Source of the DNA: Paragordius varius
Taxonomy: Eukaryota; Animalia; Nematomorpha
Length of the DNA: 64,000 bases
Direction: 5' to 3'
Assembly: GCA_964247055.1 (NCBI GenBank)
Contig: OZ176050.1
Coordinates: 13,888,001 to 13,952,000, forward strand
Shown: positions 51,553 through 64,000 of the stretch, in pieces
Position numbering within the stretch: the first letter of the stretch is position 1
Layout of the letters: each line of letters starts with the position of its first letter
Translations under genes and position numbers: made by a program
The notes under the pieces: generated by a model
What the model was told of the DNA's origin: nothing
Seen by the model: only the letters and a program-made list of their open reading frames with translations
Database searches by the model: none

Positions 51553-54500
51553 ATGAAAATGTTGAAATTTTTTCTTACTTTTATATTCATTATTTATGGG
51601 GAAAGAATTAATTCAAACACAGTCGGGAGCGGGATCAACGATCCGAAAATTGTCGATAACAACGGTATCTTATATTTTTTAATTATTAATGGTTTTAATT
51701 GGCATATATACCATTTACAATTACGAATTCACCCTTAAACAATTTGAATTCATCCTCAAACAAAGTATATATTTCATATTAATAATAATGAATTATTTTA
51801 GTTCGAAAACATATAATTTATTTTTTCAAGGTAAATTTTAATTGTTCAAGGGTGAATTTAAATTGTTCAAGGATGATTTGAACTATAAATGGATATTTTT
51901 TATTTTAAATGCAAAGTTTAGTTTAAAACTGAATTTAATAGCCTAACTAGAGTTTTAATACAAATAATTTTTGGTCGATAGATTTATATCTCTATCTAAC
52001 CGATTATAGTAAAATCTCAACTTATACGGACAAAACTAAAAATATAAGGACAAATATTTTTCTCTAAAAGACAACCATACTTTTTAAATCTTGATTTTTT
52101 TAAATTTAACTCATTGTTTTAAACTGCAAAGCACCAAATTGATATGTCTATTGATAAAACAATCAATTATATATTTTATAATGGTAATTACATAATTTAT
52201 ATAAAAAAATTAATGTTTAAAAAGGTATAGTTTTCTTTTGGAAAAAAATATTTGTCCCTATATTTTTACGTTTTGTCCGTATTTATTTCAATTTCTACTG
52301 TATGTTAGGTCCCGATATCATTTTGAAATTTATACGTTTTATTCTTTATAATTTTATTTTTTTCTGTTACTAATCTGTTGTTACCCTTAATTATGATAAA
52401 ATAGTTTTCGTTTTACTAATTAAGTAAGTATGGCGGTGTTAAGATGCCCTCCTCAAAAATTATAATGTTTTGTTGGAAATAAAGAAAAAAAATATTCATT
52501 CATAGAAACGTTAAAAACTTATGGCGAACTTATATGCCCATTCTTTTATTGGTCAGTCATGAGTAATCTATTTTAAAATTAAAAAAAACCATAAATTTGT
52601 TGAACATTTTTATTTGTGTGATATGCTTATTAAAAATTTTATTGCATAGCATCTGAAAGAATTTATATAAATCAACGCAACAACAATTGGACAATTTATT
52701 TATTGGATGCCCCAAAAAATGAAGATAGAATTCCACAGTTAGAAGTTTCTAATAAATTCCACGTAACTCTTATATTTGATATAATTTTATATTGTTTAAA
52801 AGATTTAAGGGCTTTTTCCCACAAGATCAACACACACTTTATGACCTTTTTTGGGGTTATGGTTAGAAAATGTAAATAATTAGCTTTAATAAGCTTTCAG
52901 GTTGCATATAACCTGCAAAAACTATTAATTGATTAGAATCAGCTGTTTAGTTTAGTTGTGTTTTGGAGTTGTTTCAATTTTAGAATCTAGAGCTCAAAAC
53001 TGTAAACAATCATTTTTATCTAATACAAACAATTTTAATTAAATATCTTTCCAAATAGTAATTTATCTATAATATCTGGAATATTATATTACCAACAAAA
53101 ACGTTATGGCGAACAAAAAAGTGCCAACATGGAGGATAAATATTTATTGAGTGAAATTAGTGCGTTTTGTTTGGCATTGTAAATTATTATTTTAACTTCA
53201 AGAGTGTCCTTAAACACTTCAGTTGGTCCTTGAACAATTCAAATTAGTCCTTGAACACTTCCTTAAACACTTTAAGTTGGTTTAATATTTTTAAAGTTTG
53301 ATTAACCATAATTTTTGCTTGTATTTTTTTTATTTTGTTATTTAACCTAATTTTCTATTTATTATATATTTATTCATTTAATGATAATGTTTTTTTTCAA
53401 AATCACTTTTTCAAACTAATTTTTTCCAATTTAACAAAATTATTTTGAATGTTTTCAAGAAATGTATATAATAACCTAGAAAACTAATATATTTTTTAAT
53501 TACGTGTTTCATATAAGATATTATAAAGATATACGGTTTCTCAATGTTTAAAAGTTGATATTGATTTAAAATTTATCGTAAATATTAAAAATAGAGTAAA
53601 AAGATATAATAGATAAATGTAATACGATTTCTTTGATAAAAGTTAAAAACAAAACAAAAAAATCAAAGGACAAACTTGAAATTCAAGAACCAACTTGAAG
53701 TGTTCAAGGACACTCTATAAGTGCAAATGATATATTATTAAATAATAACATATGAACGAAACTTTTAAACCTGTAATCATTAAAATATATGCCTCGTACT
53801 GTAGCAAAAAGTTTGAAATAAAGTATAAAAAACACCTTCCATAAGCCCTTTTTATAATCCTTAGATGATTAATATATAAAACACACATTTTATCGAATGA
53901 AGTGATAATTAGTTTGTCGAATTTTGAAATTGCCATTATTTGTATGTTGTTGTAAATCCTATTTTTTACGCTTTTTAAAAATATATTATTTTATAGTGTA
54001 GTAAATATACAGACGATTTTTTTTCTAAAAGAAAATATATTTCTTTAAACCTAAACTTTTCAAAATTATCTTATCTTTTTGGGTCGCAAAATATATATGG
54101 TTTAAATAAATTATTGCAAAACCTTTATTATATATTTAATATTGTCCTTGTTGTTTATTTTAAAATATTAAGGTGTTTAAAAAATCTATGATTGTATCTT
54201 TATTTTAGTTGAATATAATTACAGTAAAAATTAGAATTATACGGACAAAACGTAAAAATATAAAGGCAAATATTATTTTTTAAAAGACAGCCATACCTTT
54301 TAAACCCTAATTTATTTAAATATCTATCATTGTCTAAAATGACAAAGTGTGAAATAGAGATATATGTAAATATATATATATATATATATATACCATTTAC
54401 AGTTCAAATTCACCCTTAAACAATTCAAATTCACCCTTAAATAATTCAAATTCACCCTTGAACAATTCAAATTCACCCTCAAATAAATAACATGTTTATT

Positions 54501-55890
54501 AAGATTAAAATTACCTATATTTTAATATATTTTTAAAAAATAAAATTTTGTTTTAAATTAAAATAATACCGAAAAAAAAAATTAATTATGCCATAAACAT
54601 ATATTTTATATTAATAATGAGTTATATTAGTTCGAAAACACATAATTTATTTTTAGGGTGAATTTGAATTGTTCGAGGGTGAATTTGAATTGTTCAAGGG
54701 TGAATTTGAATTGTTCAAGGGTGAATTTGAACTGTAAATGGTATATTATTAACACAATTATTTATTACAATTGTAACTAAATAGCTTACTTATATAGGAA
54801 AAATTAAGGTTTTACAACGTATGGTTGTCTTTTAAATAAAAATATTTGTCTTTATATTTTTTGTTTTGTCCCTATAATTTCAATTTTTACTGTAATATCG
54901 ATGAAAAATTCATCGCTTATTATTTATGTTAAAATCTTATCCCGTCTTTGCAAAAAAAGATGAAACACCCACACACTGTTAAATAATCTATATATATATA
55001 TATATATAATTTCTTAAAATTATAGAATTTCAATAATTCTATCTCGGGAATATTTACCTTGAATGAAGTTAAATCCCTTGCTAGGATTTTTATTTATGCA
55101 AACAGTACGTGGCGCGTTTATGGGATTCCTTTTATGATAGGTAGGTGTGCCTTCATACAAAATTACCATTTTTTATTCCTAAATTTTCTTTTTTAAAACA
55201 CTCCTCTTTAAAGTAAAAATTTAAAGAAACAAAATGCAAATTTAAAAATAATAATACAGTAAAAACTGAAATTATACGGACAAAACATATAAATATAAAG
55301 ACAAATATTTATTTCTAAAAGACAACCATATTTTTAATCTGATTTTTTAATTATAGCCTCATTTTTATAAACTTGGAAGTATGAAATACATATGTCTATT
55401 AGTAATACAATCAATTTAATATTTTACAATTGATATTATTTAATTTATATGAAAAAAATAAGATTTAAAGTATGGTTTGTCTTTATATTCTTAAGTTTTG
55501 TCCGTATAATTTCAATTTTTAATGTACTTTTGTTAAAAAAGTTCAAATTTATAATGTGTACTTTGGTTTTGAAAATAACGTTTTTACCTGGATCTTCTAC
55601 TGTAATATATTATTATTGTTAATATAAAAAATAAAAATTACAAACCAGAGTTAAATATGCTTTCACTGTAAAAAGCGATAAATATTTTCTTTCAAAATTA
55701 AAATTTTATATCACAAGCTAATGTGTAAAGTTTACATAACCATGAAATTAATAAAAATAATTACTTTTATTTAATTGTACAGTCCCAGCCTTTGCATGTT
55801 TTTACCTGTCTCTTCTTGTATAAATAATTTATTTTACTGTATATAGATTCTAAAAGCTACAATGGATCAAGTAATAACACATTTACGCAG

Positions 55891-55928
<38 letters not shown>

Positions 55929-58900
55929 GGGTCAAAACTAAGATAATTTTAAAATTACATAATTTTTTCAAACATATACCATTTACAATTCAAATTCACC
56001 CATGAACAATACAAATTTACTCTTGAACAATTCATATTCACCCTAAAAATATATTATGTATTTTCGGGCTAATATGACTCATGAAATGTATCTTTATGAC
56101 TTATATTATTTTATTATTTTCAGTATTATTTTAATTACACGCAATATTTCATTTTTTAAACATAAAAAATATAAGTAATATTTAATTTTAAAAATCAAAT
56201 AATTTATTTTAGGGAGAATTTGAAGTTTAAATGGTTGCTGAATTGTAAACAATTTAAGTGGATGACATAACTGTTTAGATATCATGGGTATTTTGGTATT
56301 ATTCGTAAAAATCTAGAATTTTGTGTAATTTTATTAATCAAGCTTACAACAAAGTTTATTCGTCTGACTTGTCTAAACAAGATATGATTTAACAAAAACT
56401 ATATAAATAAAAACACCAAAAACGATTTTTTTATTGTTTTGTCGCTTTTATGCATATTTAGTATAATTTAATAAGAAACAATTCAAATAAAATTAATCCA
56501 ATGTTGTTTTTTGGGAATATTTTTATCCATTCTTCCCATATATTGACGACTTAACAATATGTTTGTTATGTTGAAAATAATTTTTATCATTAGAAATGAA
56601 GTTGGAGATTAATTTTGAAAACTTACCCCATTTTGATATTGGGGAGGATTATTTCGATAAACCTACTTCCATATCATACGCACAGTCTTATGAATCAGAC
56701 GTAAATCATCCTTACCATGTAATATTTAATGCTATATTATCTTTTATCATTTTGCTATATTTCAATTTTATACTTAGTTTAATGACTAGAAATTTTATTT
56801 GAGTCTAGATTTTAAGGTACCGGAAACGTTGAACAAAATATAATTCTATTTTTGGTGGAAGCATTTGGCTGGCACCACAAAATTTTATTAGCATAATATG
56901 CAACTGCGATTTTTTGAAAAGAGCGAATACCACAAATGGGAATATATTTTTTTTAAATAATTGATTGTTTTAAACTTTAAAGTATAAAATAGTTTTATAT
57001 ATCGCATACTCAATATAATACTATTGAAATTAAATCATTTTTATAAGAGGGATTTAGGTTTCAAAAGTATGAATGCCTCTTGAAAAAATTTTTTTCTTTT
57101 TATTTTGTTTTGTCCTATAATTTCAATTTTTACCGTATTGAATTCTGAAATATCGATTTTGTATGTTGCTGTAAATCTATTTTTTATGCTTTTTAAAAAT
57201 ATTATTTTTTGTAGTAGTAAATATACAGACGAAAAAACATAAAAATTTGATAACAAATATTTTTTTAACCATATTTCTAGGTTTTTAAAAATTATTCCTA
57301 TCTATTTGGGTCGCAAAATACAGTAAAAATTGAATATACGGGCAAAATATGAAAATATAAAGACAGCAAAACATAACCATACTTTTTTAAACCTTATTTT
57401 AACTTATAAAAAACATTTAATTACAATTGTAAAAAACATAATTGATTGTTAGCAATTATTTCTATATTATACAAATAAAGATTGAAAAAATATTTGTCTT
57501 TATATTTCCACGTTTTGTCCCTATAATTTCAATTTTTACTAAATATGGAGTACGTAAAAATTGAATTTATACGGACAAAACGTGAAAATATAAAGACAAA
57601 TATTTTTTCTTATAGACAACCATAATTTTGTAATCTTGATTTTCCAGATAATATACAAAAGTAAATTGGAAACACAATCAATTATAAATTTTACATTGTA
57701 ATTAAATGATGTAAAATACATAATTGATTAAAGTTTAAAAAAAGTATGGTTGTCTTTTGAAAAAATGCTTTTATATTTTACATTTTGGCCGTATAATTTA
57801 AATTACTCTAAATAAGTATTGAAAATTGTATAGTTTAAAATATTAAGGTGTTTAAAAAATCTATGATGAATCTCTCTAAAAAAAGGAATTTTAATTTTGT
57901 GGTTTTGTTTGTATAAATTCAATTTTCGTTGTATATATTTATTTCTATGAAATAATAGACATGGTCTTTGCAAAATCTATATATTTATAAAATTTCTTAA
58001 AATTATAGAATTTCAGTTATTCTGCCTCGGGAAAATTTACCTTAAATGAGATCTTTAATTCATCAATTTCCAGGATTATTCAGGCAATAAGTAATTGGAC
58101 AGTTTATGGGAATCCTCTCATGATAGGTAGGTTTCTTCGTTATAACATACCATTTTTTATTCATAAAATTTCCTTTTATTAAAAAAAATTTTATAAGTAA
58201 AAATTTAAAGAAACAAAATAAAAGTTTGAACGTAATAATACAGTAAAAACTGAAATTATACGGACAAAACATAAAAATATAACGACAAATATTTATTTCT
58301 AAAAGACAACCATACTTTTTTAATCTGATTTTTTAAATAATGTCTCATTGTTTTAAACTTCAAATTATGAAATTGATATGTCTATTGGTTAAAAATCAAT
58401 TATATATTTTACAATTGAAATTATCTAATTTATATGATTAAGCTTAAAAAAGTATAGTTTTCGTTTGAAAAAAATATTTGCCTTTAAGTTTGTCCGTACT
58501 GTATGTACCCAGGGGCGTACCGAGCGTTTGCGGCGCCCGGGGCATAAAACTTTTATGGCGCCCCCGCCCTTTCTCTTTTTGAGAGCCAATAAAAAATTTA
58601 GTAAAAAATTCAAACGTTGCAACTTAAAAACCATATATAAGGACATTTAATTTCAACATGTCCTCAAAGGGGAGATTTTGGGTGATTAGAAATTTTATGC
58701 AGGCTAATATTAGATGTAAAATATTTCGCCATCGATCGTTTTCCGATTGAATATGAGCCTCTATAGCAGAATCAATTCCTCTATTTATCAATCTCCTTTC
58801 TGCCTCTTTCCAAGTAGTAAATGCTTTCCGATGATTGAGGCTATTTTCATGATGGATTAATTTATCTATTTTCCTCCATTTATTAAATCCATGCATAGTT

Positions 58901-61900
58901 ATAAAAGATTATGGAATTAAGTCGATCAAAAAGTTGGCAACAAAAACAATAGGCAGATCTTTGGTGAATATAAAAACCCAGACCTCTAAACTTCAAATCC
59001 TTCTTTTTAACCGACACCTGGAAAAAACCAAGATTGGGGCATTGAACGATGATTTTTTGTTTTAAAAGATGCATTTATTTTAAAATCCATGAGCATGAAT
59101 AGTCATTTCTGTGCGAAGTTGATTGGATATTACGGGAACATTATTATTAGTAAATTTTAAAATGGTGACATCATTAAACTCTGTAATAGCGCTTGGAATT
59201 ACTAGTGGTATATTTGTAGTTTTCTCATCTTTATTTATTGAATTAATAACTAAGGTTTAAGTTTATTTAAGTTATTATTATAAGGGGTACCGTTTTGTTT
59301 GTGTGGCCATACATTTTTTTCAATGTTATGTTCAATATTTCCGTAAATGAGATTTCATATTCATTCGCATTTTATTTGTTTTATTCTCTTCCTGGATTTT
59401 TCGTTTCCCACTTGCGTCACCCTGAGTTTAAGCATTGATATCTGATAAAAATAAAAGTAATTTTAAAAATACAAGGCTTGAATAATAAAAACCTAACTTA
59501 TTAGAGATGAATGATCTTGGGGATTTAATGAATAAAATTGGGTTTTAAAATTGAATATGATTAAAATAAAAATGGCGTCCAAGTAATTTGACATGGAACT
59601 TTTTTTCAAAACGATTTATTTAGATGTTTTGGCTTTTTTATATAATTTTTATTAGGATAGAAGCATAAATTTAAATTGATTGTTTGCTTCAGTAGTTTTT
59701 TGAAAATATTATTTTAAATATAGTCTGGAGTATTTAGATACTTCAATTTGAATCGAAGTGTTCCATCTATTACTGATAGAAATAGAAATGGTTTATTTTG
59801 TATTATTTTTTAATTTTGCTAATACACACATATATTGACTAAATTTTTACCTTTGGGTTTTACTTTAAAATATGTTATACCAAGTATTTTTGAATAAATT
59901 TTTTTAATATTTCGGTTTATTGGTTATAAAAATGCAAACTTTTGCTATGGTTTCAATTCCATTGATAGTATTTAAAGTAATTAATCTAAGCAGGCCAGGG
60001 GTATCCAACTACCCCAATTTATATCGAAGGACTGAAATGAATGTCTTTTATCCAAGTGTTAAGCGAAAAAATAGTTGGCACATGTTGAAGGGAATTCATA
60101 CATGAAAGTTTATTTTTGCACAATGTTTGCTCTTGATCTCATTTCTATAAATACACTGGACAACAAATTTTTCTGCCACTCGGGCTTTTTGAATTTTCTA
60201 ATATTTAGTATTATCTAAATCTGAAATAAAAATTATAACTCGTTGGAAGAATTTTGTATAATTTAATTTTTTGATTATGCGCCCTCTTTATCAAAATTTC
60301 TTTGAAAATATACAAGTAATGCCCATTTGTAATATATCATTCGAAAGAGTAATAAAAACTCTATAAGCATACTTATAGGTATTACATCGACAGTTAATAT
60401 TGGACCCAAAGAGCGACAAACGCGCGAAGCGAGAGCATTTTTTTTAATTATTATATTTTTAAAACTAATGGATGAAAATAGCTCAAACTTTGTTTAGATG
60501 GTGATGAATGTCCAAAAAAGATAACACAAGAAAGTTTTTTTGATATAAACATTTTTTTATTGCTTTTATGTCACTTAAAAATTACCATTACATCAATATT
60601 AATTTATTTTCTTTATAAGGTTGTAATTTCGAAATTTTAAAGATAAAAACAAAGTTTAAGGTATTTTTGATCTTTTATAGCCATTATGTAATAAATTTAC
60701 AGTTATAACTATGCATTTTAGTATCCACTAGGTAAAATATTTATGATAATAATAATTTCATTAAAAAATCAAACCAAAAGCTTTTTTAAACATTTTTTTT
60801 AAATTAAATACTTATATAACCCTAATTATATTAAAATAATTTATATGATTTTCAAATTAGTTTGTCTGTGAAAATTCTTGATTTATTCAGGGATTGAAAA
60901 TTTCGACCATTTAAATCCAAATAACTTTTACATCCGATTGATTTAAATGACTTACTACCATTTAAAAGATGCAGTTTTTTGCGCTCTTTCGAATGATATA
61001 AAATACATGCTTCCTAAATAAAACTTTTAATTTTCGAAATTTCGAGTTTAATGTTAAAGCGGGGCCAAAAAATATCGATAAACTCTAATATAAAAAGATT
61101 CTTGCATGCTAGACCGATTTCCTTTTCAGATATACTAATTATGTACTTTAATGAAATAAATTTTAAATTTACAAGAGTGGCAGTTAAAAAAAATTAAAAT
61201 TTATTGTCTAGTGTTATTATATTATTTTAGGGATTATTAATTGCTGAAAAATCTTACCTGAAAGTTATTATTATTATTTTTGAATAATTTATATTTTATT
61301 TAAAATGTCCATTTAGGCGCCCCTAAATAACGGCGCCCGGGGCATGATGCACCCCCTTGCCCCCCCATCGGTACGCCACTGTATGTACCTTTTTTGAAAA
61401 AATACAAATAAATAATGTGTACTTTTAGGGTTTATAACGTTTATACCTGGATCTTTTACTAGAATATATTATTGTAAATGCAAAAATAGAAAACAAACCA
61501 CAGTTAAAAGGCTTTCACTGTTAAAAGCGATAAAATATTGTCTCTCAAAATTAAATTTTATATCACAAGCTAATGTATAAAGTTTACATAACCATGAATT
61601 TAATTAAAATAATTACTGATTTCAAATGTGGCAGCCTTTGGATGTTTTTGCCTGTCTTGTCTTCTTGAATACAATTTATTTTATTATATATAGATTCTAG
61701 CTACAATGAATCAATCAAAACTATCACATATGAGCGACGCAGTAAATATATATATATATATATACATTATGGAAATAAAATATTTTTTAAAATTACATAA
61801 ATTTTTTAAACATATACTATTTACATTTCCATTTCACCCTTGACACAAATTAACTCTTGAACAATTCACCTATTATGTATTTTCGGGCTAATTTAACTCA

Positions 61901-62781
61901 TTATCCATATGAACTGTATCTGTATGACTTATTTTATTATTATTTCAGTAATATTTTAATTACAAGCATTATTTTATTCTTATAAAAATAAAAAAATATA
62001 TAGGTAACATTTAATCTTATAAAATCTTATAATTTATTTTAGGGTGAATTTGAATTGTACAAGAGTGAATATGAATTGTCAAGGGTGAATTTAAAGTTTA
62101 AATGGTATATTAGGTTGATTTGCTAAATTATATACAGTTTAAGTGGATCAAATAACTGTTTTAAATATCATGGGTTGGTATAATTATATTTTTCCGTAAA
62201 TTTAAAATGTTGTGTAATTTTTCACAAAAAAACGTATTAAAATTTTATTCGTCTGACTTGTCAAAAAAAGATGATTTACAGAAATTATAAAAAAATATCA
62301 AATCAATTTTCTGAATTGTTTTGGATCCGCTTTTATACAGATTTTAAATACTTTAATAAAAAACAATTCAAATAAAATTGTTCCAACTTTGTTGTTTGAG
62401 ATTTTTATTCATTCATTAAAAACTTCCCATACATTGATGACTTAACACTATGTTTGTTATGTTGAAAATTATTTTTATGATTAGAATTGAAGTTGAAGAT
62501 TTATTTTCGAAACTTGACCCATTTTAATATTTGGGGAGACAATATTGATTACCCCACTTCCATATTATACACACAGCATTCTCAATCAGAATTAGTTCAT
62601 CTATACCATGTAATATTAATATTATTTTTTATTAGTTTGCTATATTTCAATATTATACTTTATTTAAATGACTAAAATTGTTTAACAAAATGTATTCTTT
62701 TTTAGAAGCGTTTGGCTAAGGCCACAAAATTTTTTAAGCCTAATATGCTCCTGCGATTTTCGAAGAGCAATTACCACAAAA
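51553..62781 (+). CDS. Putative multi-exon secreted protein (or tandem gene pair) with beta-gamma-crystallin-like repeats
   Basis: Signal-peptide exon 51553-51664. Candidate exons 52485-52562, 52650-52762, 52810-52861, ~53059-53160, 54012-54098, 55026-55140, 55847-~55871, 56594-56718, 57281-57322, 58009-58126, 61429-61473, 61694-61741, 62485-62609, 62706-62781. The chain 57281-62609 splices in frame. Several other junctions are unresolved. Confidence 0.6.
53201..53716. mobile_element. MITE with AGAGTGTCCTT termini and 21-bp subterminal units related to the TATA|CCATTT family
   Basis: AGAGTGTCCTTAAACACTTCAGTTGG at the left end and CCAACTTGAAGTGTTCAAGGACACTCT at the right; internal CCTTGAACAATTCAAATT unit. 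No clean TSD. Confidence 0.7.
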
Positions 62782-62790
62782 GTGAAAATA
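53950..62790 (+). repeat. Tandem segmental duplication: copy A ~53950-56950, copy B ~57170-62790 (expanded by insertions)
   Basis: Collinear homologous blocks, e.g. 54000/57220, 55020/58005, 55540/61400, 55780/61630, 56300/62170, 56590/62480, 56860/62705; shared MITEs at equivalent positions (55257/58241, 55975/61813). Confidence 0.9.
58510..61381 (-). mobile_element. Non-autonomous hAT transposon (2872 bp) with truncated ZMYM1/TTF-zinc-finger-type transposase pseudogene
   Basis: TIR CAGGGGCGTACCG / CAGTGGCGTACCG; perfect 8-bp TSD TATGTACC (58502-58509, 61382-61389). Frameshifted fragments at ~58624-59440: SAYCFCCQLF, GFNKWRK...HENSLNH, WRNILHLILACIKFLITQNLPF. Catalytic core absent. Confidence 0.9.
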
Positions 62791-63321
62791 TTTTTTAGAA
62801 TAATTCGTAAAACCCAAAACCAAAAGCATTATAAGATACCTATTTTTCTATCACAAAAAATATATATTTTATCAGGATATTTTATATATACATATAAATT
62901 ATTTTATACTTGGATACAACACATTTATTTGAATCCTCCGATTAAAATTGAGGTCTTTGGGGACCCCAGGCCTATTTAAAAATAAAATAATCCTAAAAAT
63001 ATGGAACAAATTGAAACCATTGCAAAGTTTGCATTTATAAAACGCTAAACGCCGAAATATATAAAATATTTACAAAAACTTGATATTACTTATTTTATGG
63101 ATTAACCTCAAGGGAAAAATTGAGTCAACATGACATGTGTGCATCAGCTAAATATAAAAATAATGCAGAATAAACGACTTTTTTTGTTTATATCCATGTT
63201 TGATTATACTTAAATAAAGAATTAGCTTTAATTTTAGCGTTAGAAACAAATAAACACGATTTTTTGCAAAAATGTTGTAAAATATGATCCTAAATCTTTT
63301 TTTCAAACTAAATTTTATTTG

Positions 63322-63662
63322 AAATGATGTGGAAATCGTCGTAAAATAACGTGAAAATAAAATAAAATATAATATATTGATTCTCAAATTTACGTCATAG
63401 GCATCATCAAGAGATTAGTTAAGAAAAATATATATAAGACAATAAAAATTAAATTAAAAATGAACAAAATTATGATTGATATTAATTATATGGAAAAACT
63501 CACAAAAAAACCGTTAATGAACACAAAGAAAAATCACAAAGAAACCGTTCTGATATAATTTTTTCTTAACTAATCTCCTGATGATGGCTATAGCGAAAAT
63601 TTGAAAATCAATAAATTATATTTCATTTTTCACGTTATTTTACGACGATTTCCACATCATTT
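63322..63662. mobile_element. Palindromic MITE nested in a piggyBac-like MITE
   Basis: AAATGATGTGGAAATCGTCGTAAAATAACGTGAAAA perfectly inverted at the right end, with imperfect symmetry extending ~110 bp. TSD not clear. Confidence 0.75.
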
Positions 63663-64000
63663 ACATTATAAACTCTCGTCGTTACCCACTCAAATAAATT
63701 TTATTTTGTGTTATAAATATTTTTATTAGGATGGAGGATAAATTCGAATTGGAATTGTTCTTTCAGTAGTTTTTAAAAATGTCTATTTAAATATATCTGG
63801 GGTATTTAGATGCCCCATTTTACATCAAATATAAATTGACTCACCAATCTAGAAGATATTTAATATTTTTTAATGAAATATGTACATATGATCCTTTAAT
63901 ACGTAAAAAAATGTTAAAATATTCCATTTTTCAGTCAAAAGCAACATTTTTTAACACTTCGATTCAAATTGGGGTATCTAAATACCCCAGACTAAATTTA

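Noticed and set aside
1-64000. tRNA, rRNA, snRNA genes or a prokaryotic defence system
   Set aside because: No cloverleaf or conserved rRNA/snRNA sequence recognised by eye; all genes have eukaryotic structure. tRNAscan-SE/Infernal would be needed to exclude small RNAs.

Overview
Very AT-rich animal (protostome-like invertebrate) genomic DNA with spliceosomal introns. No rRNA, tRNA, CRISPR or prokaryotic operon was seen. Seven minus-strand genes were reconstructed by hand: condensin subunit CAP-G (NCAPG; runs off the left edge), an unknown ~749-aa secreted/membrane protein, an unusually long calsyntenin (~1830 aa, 9 exons), twist, a tandem divergent bHLH gene, an unknown ~485-aa secreted Trp/Ser/Asn-rich protein, and a peptide-receptor-like class A GPCR. 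The most interesting item is largely invisible in the ORF track: a plus-strand, micro-exon-rich locus (~51.5-62.8 kb) with a signal-peptide exon and repeated motifs resembling beta-gamma-crystallin Greek keys, lying in a ~3-kb tandem duplication. Introns and intergenic DNA are packed with non-autonomous DNA transposons (TATA-flanked foldback/MITE family with 21-bp subterminal repeats, TA-flanked Tc1-like MITEs, TTAA piggyBac-like MITEs, hAT elements with 8-bp TSDs), a Helitron-like 3' end attached to a ~315-bp satellite-like array, and relics of a gypsy gag and a Tc1 transposase. All homology calls come from motif recognition by eye; no searches were run.
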